Assembly (NCBI RefSeq): GCF_041146345.1
Contig: NW_027191405.1
Coordinates: 1,674,001-1,738,000 of the forward strand
DNA from: Neodothiora populina
Lineage: Eukaryota
Length of the DNA stretch: 64,000 nt
Direction of reading: 5' to 3'
The position numbers were made by a program, and so were the translations under genes. The notes under the pieces were generated by a model. The model worked only from the letters and a program-made list of their open reading frames with translations, did not search any database and was not told the DNA's origin. The stretch's first letter is position 1. Each line of letters begins with the position of its first letter. Below are positions 48,384-59,623 of the stretch, in pieces.

Positions 48384-49831
48384 TCACAGCTCCGACTTGC
48401 CCTCAGGCACAGTCTTGATCTCAGCCTGCTCGATCAACCCCCTCTTGACCATGCTCGTAAGCACCTCGAAGGCAACCTGAGCAGCAGCGAGAGCGGTAGC
48501 CTCGGTAGCGCCATCATACGCAGGGCTGACCTCGACTATATCCGCTCCCACAACATTAAGCCCCTGAATACCCCTCAGGATACGAATGAGCTCACGGGTC
48601 GACCAACCGCCCGGCTCAGGCGTGCCGGTCCCAGGCGCCAAGCCAGGATCGATAACGTCGATGTCAATGCTCAGATAAACGGGGTAGTCCTTGGGGACTT
48701 TGGCCAGGATGGTTTGCACGATGCCGCTGACGCCCATGTCGTCGATGTCGTCGGTCGAGATGCGTGTGAAGCCCTGCTGGTCGTCGTTGACGTTGTCGTC
48801 TTCGTCGGATAGACGCGTGCGCAGGCCCGCGTGGATCGAGCTGCCGTTTGCGATCAGGCCCTCTGTCGCTGCCATCCAGAACATGTTGCCGTGCGTGAAG
48901 AAGGATTGCGTGTTGGGGTCGTCGAGGTCCAGCCAGTACGAGGGATATTTCGAGGGATGCCAGGTGTCGAGGTGCGCGTCGAAGTGCACGACGGCGATCG
49001 GCTTGTTGTATTTCGCTTTGAGGGCGCGCAGGGCCGGCAGCGCGATGCTGTGGTCGCCGCCTAAGGTCAGGAGCTTGGGCGTCTGCAGGTAGGTTGCTGC
49101 GGACGCGGCGTTTTGCGGGCTGGATCTGCGGGTTGAGAGCTCCGAGAAGCCTTCGGACATTTGGCGCAGCGCGAGGGAGTTGTCGAAGGGGGTAATTGGG
49201 ATGTCTCCGCAGTCTACTACTGTTGCCCATGAGGCGTACGGGTTCAGGGATGCGCGTGGGTTATAGCCGCGCAGCGAGGTCTGGCGAGCTGATGCTGCGC
49301 GGATGGCTCGTGGGCCGAAACGAGCACCTGGTTTTTTGATACACCTCAATACTCTTTCTTCTTTTTCTTGTCTTTTGAGTGCGATTGAACAGCACATAGA
49401 ACATAAGTCGATTGTGCAGGGCTAGATTGAACGAAAGAAAGACCTACCTGGTCTATAGCTCACAGCAGTATCGAAAGGAGCACCGATAACGCCAATATCA
49501 AACGAGTTCTTGGGCTGAGTCAGGCACTTGAAATGAGGAAGATGTGCTAATATACAAGAAAAAAAAATCAGCACTGGTAGCAACCAACATAGACCTAGCT
49601 CTCTGGAGATGGAATGTATCCAATCCAAGAGATCACGTATGAAAGCGCACCAAAAGTGTTGATTCCCGAGAATCCAAAATCCGTGCCCCATTTGTTTTCG
49701 AGTTCTTCCAGGTCGGCCGCGGACCAATGCCTGTCGTGGTCGTGGTGGTCGTGTCCAGCGTGCGCCGCTGTCAAGGGCGCAGTAGCCGCCGCCGCCGCCG
49801 CCAGAAGCGATAACAGCGTCGTCGATTTCAT
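48384..49831 (-). CDS. Agmatinase/ureohydrolase with an N-terminal signal peptide; exons 49831-49651, 49546-49448, 49327-48384
   Basis: [61 protein letters not shown] (Mn-binding motifs); hydrophobic N-terminus; ends KSEL. Confidence 0.92.
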
Positions 49832-50527
49832 GATTTCCTGTCAAAGCCCACTTTCCTGCGAGACAGAAAGAAGGAAAGACAGCAAAAGAAGAGATGTAAA
49901 GAGCAATATATCAAGGCAAAGGAACATGAAAAGATGACTTGGACCTTGTTGAGATATATATTTCTATTTGTACATCTCTTCGACTTACCCGATTGGGGCG
50001 CGTCGCGGACTGTAATTGCTGCTGCGGTGTAAGAAGATTCACAAATGGGTCCTTCGGAGCACGTGGAGATTACAGCAGCTTTTTAGTAAACGCCGGGAAA
50101 GCGTGGAGACGGGTCCTCGTGCTTTGCGTGTTGTTACAGTACCTTAATTGTACCTCGGGGGAGACCTCTGGTCGTACTGAGTAATGATCTCACCAAATCG
50201 AGATAATGATTGCTGGTCATTGTGAAGGGTCAAGTTTTCGAAAGGTCTAAATCACCACAGGCCATTCCGATGTGCCAGCAACGAAGCTCTGGATTCTGCT
50301 GTAGTAAGTTGCCATGGGCGAGTGACGATAAGATATACTATACAGGTATGTAACACGTCATATACAGTGTTTCGCGGGCGCGCGTCCCTCTCTCTAAAGC
50401 GCGTAAAGCGCGTTCTCCAGTGTTTGCACTTATCAACTTGCGAAGAATTTATCACTACAGTACCGTCATCTTCCCAATAATTCGTGACCTTGTACCATAG
50501 TTGCTGACACCAAAGTCCTCTGTCACC

Positions 50528-51872
50528 ATGCCCGAAGTAAGTTTCTCTTTCCCCCACAAGTGTCCGTCCGTTGATTGTTCGGAAGATTGGAGAAGTGGCG
50601 CGGGTCGTCCATTATCTCAAAAAACACTTGATCAATAAACGCATCGCTTCTGTGCAGGTACAGGAAGACAACATAGTGTATGGCAAGGTTGGCACTACTG
50701 CGGCAGCCTTCCAGGCTTCCCTGACTGATAAGACTGCGCTTGAGGCACGGCAGCAGGGCAAATACTTCTGGCTTGTCATGGATTCTCCACCCCATCCTGT
50801 CATGCATCTGGGCATGACTGGCTGGGTCAAGTTCTCAAAGGACGACAACAGCCATTATAGACCCAAGAAGGAGGAAGATGCACAGTGGCCTCCACGCTTC
50901 TGGAAGTTCATCCTTAAAACTGAGGACGACGATGAAGTTGCGTTTGTTGATGCGAGACGTCTCGCAAGGATCCGGCTGATTGACGGGGATGGAGAAGACT
51001 TACGGAAAATGAGTCCTCTGAAGGAGAATGGCCCTGATCCAGTCGTCGACAAAGATGTATTGACTCTTGACTGGTTCACGAAGAAGATGAGAAGCAAGAG
51101 AGTCCCTGCCAAGGCACTGCTGCTCGATCAGGGCAACATCAGTGGCGTTGGCAATTGGGTAGCAGATGAAATTCTCTATCAGGCACGCATACATCCCGAA
51201 CAATACAGCAACACCTTTAGCGATGAGCAACTGAAGACGTTACATGACAAGCTTCTTTTCGTATGCACGACCGCGTGCGAGCTATTGGCCGAGTCTGACA
51301 AGTTCCCGGAGAACTGGTTGATGAAGTACCGCTGGGACAAGGGCAAGAAGGGCGAGGTCAACAAATTGCCGAATGGCGAGAAGATTGTGCACCTCAAAGT
51401 GGGTGGGAGGACATCGGCCATTGTACCAAGTGTGCAGAAGAAAACAGCAGCTGTGGCTGGTGATGTGTCTACATCAGAACTCGAGGACGACGACGATGAC
51501 GTTAAGAAGCCAGACGGCGTGGCAGAATCAGCTAAAAGTAATGGAAAGAAAAGGAAGGCCAATGGTAGGGGAAGTGAGGAACCAGAGAGTGCAAAGCGTG
51601 GACGCAAGACCGCGGCGGCGGTCAAGGCCGAGGTCACCGAGGAATCCAAAGTAGAAAGCTCGAGCAAGAAAGTCAAAGCTGGCGCAAAGCGTAAGGTGAA
51701 GCAGGAGGATGACAAGGTCAAGATGGAAGAACAAGCGAAAACAGGCAGCGAGGACGAGGATGAGGCCAAAGAAAAGGCAACTCCCAAAGCCAAGTCGAAG
51801 TCGACCAGAGCTGCTCCGGCAAAGAAGGAAGTCATAGCAGGCAGTCGACGATCGGCAAGACTGTCAGGTTGA
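50528..51872 (+). CDS. fpg: Formamidopyrimidine-DNA glycosylase (Fpg/MutM, fungal/plant type without a zinc finger) with a Lys-rich tail; exons 50528-50536 and 50586-51872
   Basis: ATG CCC GAA/GTAAGT...AAG/ATT gives MPEIGEV; QQGKYFW, MHLGMTG, FVDARRLARI, H2TH KALLLDQGNISGVGNWVADEILYQARIHP, VGGRTS without Cys4. Confidence 0.93.
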
Positions 51873-52361
51873 ACGCCGCAGTACTAATGGACTCGATTGA
51901 CGATATACATCAAATCTCGTGGATACTGTATGTAAATATTTGTATACCGAATGGTATGATATAGGTACCTTACGAAATGGATGCGGCAATACTTCGGCAG
52001 ATACCGCCATCACCATCTGGCATATTATGGGTCGGACTTGGTGACGCTCGAAAGCTGCTCCAATTACGGCCAGTTCTACTGTAAGATATTTGGGTTCGTC
52101 TACTCTTCTTCGCCTCATAGCGTGCATTGTTCTTAGATCTCCGAGGGACAATTCTTGTTCGTTCACTAAATTTGACCTTTGGTTCTATTTTCTCACACGA
52201 CTCGACGGCGCTCTCCTTGACTTTCGCAGTTGCACGACTCAAGTGTCATCCCACTATATCAGCCTAATTCGAGAAATACACCAAGTGCACTGGCAAGGTC
52301 AACTGTTGGATACAGCGGACAGAAATAGAATTAGAAAAAAGACATCATTTGATCTGCAACC

Positions 52362-54769
52362 ATGGCGCAACCTCTACCCTCCAAGGAAAATTCGCTGTTC
52401 CGGCAAGTGGTACAAGCGTACGAGTCGAAACAGTACAAGAAGGGTGGGTGAATCAAGAAGGAAGAAGACGGTCTGTGGGCGGTGCTCATATATTTGTGTA
52501 TAGGAATCAAAGCGGCGGATCAGATCCTCAAGAAGCACCCGAATCATGGAGACACACAAGCCATGAAGGCTCTCATATTGAACAGCCAGGGCAAGACGGA
52601 GGAAGCATTCGATCTCTGCAAGATTGCCCTGAAGAATGCCATGAAGTCGCATGTCTGCTGGCATGTCTACGGCTTGCTCTACCGCTCTGCTAAGAACTAT
52701 GAGGAGGCAACCAAGGCATACAAGTTCGCACTCAGACTCGAGCCTGATTCGCCGCAGATCCAGCGTGATCTTGCGCTTTTGCAATGCCAGACTCGGGATT
52801 ACCAAGGCTTCATCCAGAGCAGGAAGGTGCAATTGCAGGCCAGGCCCCAACTCAGGCAGAACTGGACCGCTGTCGCTGTCGCTCACCATCTTGCCGGAGA
52901 ACTCGAGGCCGCCGAGAAAGTGCTCACCACTTACGAAGGAACTCTCAAGAATCCTCCTCCTCGCACTGACATGGAGCATCACGAAGCTTGTCTGTACAAG
53001 AACACCATCATTGCAGAGTCTGGTGACTACCAGAGAGCTCTGGACCATCTTGAGACCATTTTCAAGACCAACCCCGATCGCACCGCTGTCATGGAGTACA
53101 AGGCGCAATACCTATTGAAGCTTGATCGCAAGCCCGAGGCCGAGGCTGCATACAGGGCCTTGTTGAACAGAAACTCCGAGAAAAGAGCATACTACGATGG
53201 ACTTGAAAAGTCATTAGGTTTGGACAGGAATGACCCGGCATCGCACGAGAAGTTGGCTGCCATGTACCAGGAGTACGCAGACAAGAACGAAAGATCTGAT
53301 GCCCCCAGACGAGTACCGCTAGACTTCCTACAAGGCAGCGCTTTCCGGGAAGCGGCCGATAAATACCTTCGCCGCGTTTTCCAGAAAGGTGTCCCTTCCA
53401 CTTTTGCGAATGTAAAGGCTCTCTACATAGACTCCGAGAAGTTGAGCACTATCCAAGAGCTCGTCCATGGTTATGAGGCCGAGAATGCTGCCAACGGAGC
53501 AGCAGATGCGAACGGTGACAAGCCGGACCTCTGGAAGCTGGCACTCACTTATTTCCTTGCCCAACACTACAATTACCACCTCTCGCGCGACCTCTCTAAG
53601 GCTATGGACTACGTCAACAAGGCCATCGAGATGAGACCTGAGCAAAACGACTACACCTACCACTATACAAAGGCCAGAATCTACAAGCATCAAGGCGACG
53701 TTGCCCAGGCATCGGCTGCAATGAACGAGGCTCGAGAACTCGACTTGAAGGATCGTTACATCAACACAAAGTGTGCCAAGTACCAGTTGAGAAACAACGA
53801 AAACGACAAGGCCATTGAGACGATGGGCCTATTCACGAGGAAGGAAGCCGTAGGAGGACCTCTGGGAGATCTTATCGACATGCAATGCATGTGGTATCTG
53901 TACGAAGACGGAGAGGCTTGGTCACGTCAAGGAAACCTAGGTCTCGCCCTGAAGAGATTCAAGACCATCTATGATATCTTCGACGTATGGCAAGAGGACC
54001 AGTTCGACTTCCACAGCTTCTCTATTCGCAAGGGCCAAATCCGCGCATATATCGATATGATTAGATGGGAAGACCATCTGCGTCAACATCCCTTCTACAC
54101 GCGCGCCGCTCTCTCCGCCATCAAGATCTACACCATGCTCTTCGATAGGCCTGAATTGGCACAGAAAGGCCTTGTCAACGGCGAGGGTGTCTCCGAGGCG
54201 GACAAGAAGAAGGCCGCGAAACAAGCCAGGAAGGAACAAGAACGAGTCGAGGCAGAGAAGAAGGCAGCAGCGGCAGCAAAGGCTACTGCAACCTCTACTG
54301 ATGGCGAGACCAAGAAGGAGGATCTCGATCCTCAAGGACGACAGCTCACAGCCACGAAGGATCCTCTCGGCGAGGCCATGAAGTACCTCACACCGTTATT
54401 GGAGCAAAGTCCCCTTAACGTCAATGCACAATTCGCAGGCTACGAGGTTTACAGCCGAAGAAGTAAGTCGGATCTTATCAATTCGGAACATTCGGATTTG
54501 AGTGCGACAGCTGACACTATGAACAGAACTTTATCTTCCTGCTTTGAAATGCCTTCTTGCCGTATCAAAGCTGGATGCGGGCAACGCCGACTTGCGAGAA
54601 CGAACGGCGAGCTTCCGCAAGATTAGTAAGTCTTGCTTGAACATGCGAATCTCATGACTCAAGCAATGGTCAGCTGACGTTCAAAACAACAACAGTCGAA
54701 ACCCTGCCAGAACCTCTCCCCGCAAAGATCGACGAGTTCGTGCAAGCCGAGCTAAAGAATCTCCCTTGA
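52362..54769 (+). CDS. NAT1: NatA N-terminal acetyltransferase auxiliary subunit Nat1/Naa15 (TPR); introns 52444-52503, 54463-54526, 54626-54695
   Basis: MAQPLPSKENSLFRQVV..YESKQYKKG/IKAADQILKKHPNHGDT, SHVCWHVYG, DLKDRYINTKCAKY, DMQCMWY, EDQFDFHSFSIRKG. Confidence 0.94.
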
Positions 54770-56802
54770 GGTACTGTATCCAGGCATCTATTCCTCAATC
54801 CTTGATGTCTGAGCTGTGAAAGTGTTATACAGTAATGTACTGTCTTCTCGCGAAGCTTTACAGAACCGGTAGCTTCGTGCTTCATCAGTTCGCGCTGGGC
54901 CAGAATATGTAAATGACGAGGAACCCTTAGTAGCGCATAAAATGAAACACCAAAAGTACATGCCAACCCTTCGAGTGGATTTCCTAAGGATGTTGCCGGT
55001 AGACAGGTGAAGATCGACGTCACAATTTTGTTATGTCATTCGGTGTATCCAAGTGCACACCGCCTCGATGATATCTGCACGAAGTCAACGTTCCGGGTTA
55101 CCATGTTTGCTTGCTTGGGAAGAAATGTAGGTTACGCGCCTCGATCGCACCTTCCCATGTTGTGCCGTTGGCTCGGTCCACATGAAAGTTAGGCCCATAC
55201 ATGAATACACATACATGAACACCGACCACGATGACACGAGAGATACCTAGAAGACACGAGACACTGACGAGCTCCCTGAAAAGCCCGATGGAAGCATGTA
55301 ACTATACTCCGTAGCATTGCGTGAGAACGAAGCAAACCGGATCCAGGCACTACACAACCTAGCCAGAATAAGAGGTCCCCGTCTTTCAAGCTTACCAAGC
55401 CGTTTGCGATATACACGGCAAGAAACACACGGGGCCCAGACGCTCCCTTGCCCATCTTGCTGATCTAGGATAAGTATGGCGCATCGGGTCGTCCGCGATA
55501 CAGAGCCAAAAGTACAGTATACGTAACGCACGGAATCGCCCTTATACTATATGGAGAGAAAAGGACCATAGCCCTGACGGGGCGGTGCCACTGCGGCCTA
55601 CTCTCCACATCCCGTGAACCAACTTACTCGTGATCTGGAAAATGCCAGAAAGAATGAAATAGGCAAAAGAAACAATAACCTTGCCAAGCAGCATACCACT
55701 CTATGAGAATCCTCCACAAGGGGGGAGAAAGGCCGCGCCCTTCTCCTCTCCCCTGTCCTTGCCTTTCCTTCCCGATCGTCACCCTTCCTATCCCTAGCTG
55801 GACGCTGGGCCTTGCCGGCCGGCTCTCGCTGGTTCGAGCAAGATATGCGAATGTCAGTCTTGCTTGCATGCGTGTGTGCGTGCTTGCTTCCTGAAGCTGG
55901 AACCGGGACTGAATCTGCTGCGCTGGAGCAAAAGGCTCTGTAACCCCATATCCATGTATCATGTATGTGTATACGTGTGTACGTGCGTATGAGCTCATGT
56001 GGAACCACCAGCACAGAACCACACAATTTCCTGCCCGCATGCATACCTGTAGCAAGCTTGTACTGTATGTATGCAATCTTCTTTTCCTTCTCAACCTGTC
56101 CAGAGCTTCTTGTAGCAGATGCTAGATTCATGCTGTATACGCAGGAAAGGCTCCTATTTTCTCCAGCCTTTCTGCTTCTCTGCCCCATGCGGATTCTTTC
56201 GTGCCCTGTCTGATTCCTGGACTGTCATGACCACAGCATTCCACTCACAGCATTGATCAGTAGAATATCCCTCACTCAATGCCCAGTCCGTGTGTACTTG
56301 TCCTGTACTTTATACCCGCTAGCAAGATCTTACGATTGTGTTTGGTGATCAATCTTACGATTGCGGCGAAATACTTGTACTTGTATATGGAAATGACTCG
56401 TGGGTTGAGTGAGGTTCGGAGTTTCTCTGTTTTGAGTTTATGGGTCGTGGAGTGGCGAGTTGTGGCATGTGGGAGGAAAGTAGAATGGAGTGTTTTTCAA
56501 TTCGACAGCCCGTGTCGTTCTAGTAGGGTATACGTATATATAAAAATTTGCAAGTGACAGAGACAGGCGTGTTTTCCATGTTAGAGCCCGATAATCGCAG
56601 AAACGAAACAAAAGTGGTTGATGTCCTCCCTCTCCTCCCGTGGTCATGGGCTCTCCAAAACTCCAGCAATGACATTAGTTACGCCGTTCTCAATGTGTCC
56701 CTTCGTCCCAAACGCCAGAATCCAATGTTCGAGACGTGATTAATATACGTGATGCCCCTTCGTCTCTTTCCAACTAGAAGTTCATGATGCGAAACCTCGA
56801 AC

Positions 56803-57627
56803 TCATGCTCCGGCGTCTACAATCTGCTGTACGACGCCGCAGTCTTCGCAATTCACGAGTCGTCTTAGTGCCTCGACAGTGACTCTTAGCTCTCGGTTCA
56901 TCCTCTCGACTTCCTCGTTCTGTGCTGCGAGCTGGCGCATGTACTCCGCGGCATGCGCAATGACAGCTGCTTTGCTCAAGGGACGGATGGCGGAACCGCC
57001 ATTGGCATTGCCAATGTCCTCCATGTCCAAGGTCAGACAAGCTGAAGTGCTGGGCACGGCGGCGCGAAGAGACTCGATCTGAGAGTTGAGGTTCTCTCTA
57101 TATCTGCGCTCGATGACGTGGTGCGGAAGTCGCTTTTCCTTGCATCCCGAGTTTGCAGTCGCCGAGTTTGACGTGCTCTCTTGTGGACTCAGGGTGGGAC
57201 TCGTTTCCTCGGGCTTGATGTCTGTGGGGGTGCCGTTACCAGTCCTTGAGCGCTTCATCGTCGGTTGGCTGCTCTGCTCTGGTCTCACGGACGCCGACGT
57301 GATCTCTGTGTAGTTGTTGGAAGTTGTCGAGTTAGGAGTCTGAAAAGATATCTCTGTTGTGGGCGACACGCGACCGCTGTTGGTTTGCGGTGTTGTGGGT
57401 TTCTTCGATCCGCCACCACAGGAAGGTGGTAGAATGCCTGTAGTAAGGCTATTTGTTGGCATGTTTCGAGGACACAGAGGCGAATTCCAACAATCATTTC
57501 TTAGTGATGATGATGGAGATGATTGTTGTTGCATCGAAGCTATCTGCATTGGGATGCAAGATGAAGCTGAGCTCGACATGTTGTCGAATCGCCTCCTCTC
57601 CCCATGTTGAGCTTGAACGGCTTGCAT
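56803..57627 (-). CDS. bHLH-zipper transcription factor A, SREBP-type Tyr basic region, no TM domain, C-terminal CxxC
   Basis: RLPHHVIERRYRENLNSQIESLRAAVP...LSKAAVIAHAAEYMRQL, zipper, LVNCEDC. The N-terminus is uncertain. Confidence 0.88.
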   Translation of the reverse strand: MQAVQAQHGERRRFDNMSSSASSCIPMQIASMQQQSSPSSSLRNDCWNSPLCPRNMPTNSLTTGILPPSCGGGSKKPTTPQTNSGRVSPTTEISFQTPNSTTSNNYTEITSASVRPEQSSQPTMKRSRTGNGTPTDIKPEETSPTLSPQESTSNSATANSGCKEKRLPHHVIERRYRENLNSQIESLRAAVPSTSACLTLDMEDIGNANGGSAIRPLSKAAVIAHAAEYMRQLAAQNEEVERMNRELRVTVEALRRLVNCEDCGVVQQIVDAGA

Positions 57628-58625
57628 TGTTATCGCGACTTTCCAGACCAGGTGGATTTGTTTTAGTGTCCGATAGTTGATTCTTTTGAATAAATGATGT
57701 CTGTTGGTACCTGTATACTGCTCGAGATTGGTGGAGTTGAAGCAGGTAGTGTTTCAACAGACGATATGATGGATTGCCAAATTTCAAAGTTTGATGTTAT
57801 GATGGGAAGTTGAACGTATTGGTTCCTAGATGCGTAGCTATGAGGTCGCGGACTGCTATTGTATTCGACCCCACTAGGTACAGGTGACACTATTGTAATT
57901 TCAATAGGGCGTTACGAGTCAGAGGTTGAGTGGTAGCCAGTTTCACTGGAGAATGTTTTTCTTGCTAGCCGATGAGTATCAGGAAACAACGTGGATGTGG
58001 CAGGTGTGCCGCTGTGCTGTATTATGGCACCGGCCATGGCTTCCAATTTTGGACTCTAGTCTGGTAACCAGCATGGCGGATGCTGTAACAAGTGCCAGTA
58101 CCCGATAGTACCTTGACGGCTCCGTGTTTCTCGGCCTGGGTAACATCAGGTGATACTTGCAGAATTTGCCAAGCAAGTGTCACGCCACGGTGCGGGCCTT
58201 TAGGATGTTCGGTCTCGTCTTCCGAGTCGCTCCGAACGTGGGTGACAAAGCTTAGACTGGGACTTCTAGCAGCCAATGAAACACACTGTTCCAAGAAGTC
58301 TAGAATCCCAAAACGGCAATTAATGGTCAAAGATGTCTCTGATCGCGATGGCGACTGCTGTGACTAGTGCCCAGGGATAGTGGAGTCCAAGCGAGTAAGG
58401 ACGGCGTTCAAAGCAGCAGTTGGAGAGGGACGAGAGTAACAACCTTACACTCCCCCTCCCCCCACGGTTCGCAGCTTTCCCATTGCTATATCCGCTACCA
58501 GTACATTTGACCCTCAAACTCAAAACCCCTGTGCCTTGGCCACCATCGTGTCTCGTGGTTCTGTTGCATAGATAAAGGGCTAGGCTGTAACTATCACCTG
58601 ATTGTTACCGCCACAAGATTCCAAA
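57628..58625. promoter_or_regulatory. Shared bidirectional promoter of the bHLH pair with E-box and SRE-like sites
   Basis: CAGGTG at 57649, 57881, 58001, 58147 and CACCTG at 58595; GTCACGCCAC at 58179-58188. Function is inferred only. Confidence 0.5.
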
Positions 58626-59623
58626 ATGCCTTTTCGGCATGCCAACGCGTATGGAGGATACGATTATCCTACCTTTCCCACGCCGGGCGGATTCGATTTC
58701 ATCAATTATGATACCGTTGCCGACCCCTTGATGAGTCCTTATGATGCCTTTTCTCTGACCAACTCGTCAGAGGTCGCATGTCAGTTGCTACTTAAAGCCA
58801 CAAAATGTCTCCCTCGATCTCAAACTCATCCATCCCAGGGACGCCTACGTCACAAAACCCGGACTCGCAGCATTCCGAGTCCCTATCACCTCTAGAGCTG
58901 AACTTCGCAACGAGTAACAATGTGAGCCCGGCGAGCCGGGGAGGCTCTGATATTCAGCAGCTTCCTCTAGACTTTGACACGACTCCCGCATCCTCCACTA
59001 CTGGGAGCCATGCTCCAAATCGTGATTCTCAGAATCAAAAAGTCAGCTCTTACCAGACAAACCAAGAGTCTGATATGTCACCACCGTCACAGAAGACATC
59101 ACAGCAATGGTCAGATTCTAATGAAACACTGCCTGTGACAGCCGCATCTCGGGTGGCGAAGGCGAGTGATGCAGTCACTGCTCCAGTCACAGTCCCGATC
59201 CGCCAGGGCTCTGCAGAGAGCGGCAGTGAGGCATCTGATCATGCAAAGGACGATAGACCAGAGCCTACTCGCACGCGAACCACAGACTCGGCCAAAGTCC
59301 GCCACAATATCGTGGAACGCCGTTATAGGGAGAATATCAACGCTCAGGTTGATGTGCTCCGAGATTCTATAGTGGCAACGATGGAGGCCAAATCATCACG
59401 TTTGGGTGCAGACGAGCTCAAGCGTCTTACCAAAGCAGCTGTCATTGCTGCGGCAACACAGCAGATCAAGCGTGCCAGAACGGAGAACGACAAGTTGCTT
59501 GACGAGCATCGCCTTCTGCAAAGTCAAATCAAGGAACTTGAATCGCTCGTGAAATGCGGAGAGTGTCCGTTAATGCAATTGAGTGTTGACATGGGATTGG
59601 AGTCGTCGGCTCAGACGGCGTAA
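58626..59623 (+). CDS. bHLH-zipper transcription factor B, paralog of A; probable intron 58780-58838
   Basis: KVRHNIVERRYRENINAQVDVLRDSIV...LTKAAVIAAATQQIKRA, zipper, LVKCGEC. A 59-nt GTCAGT...CTCAT...CAG intron joins the 58626 frame to the bHLH frame in phase. Confidence 0.87.

Noticed and set aside
58602..58895. Apparent overlapping uORF or frameshift at the start of bHLH B
   Set aside because: Explained by a phase-compatible 59-nt intron (58780-58838).
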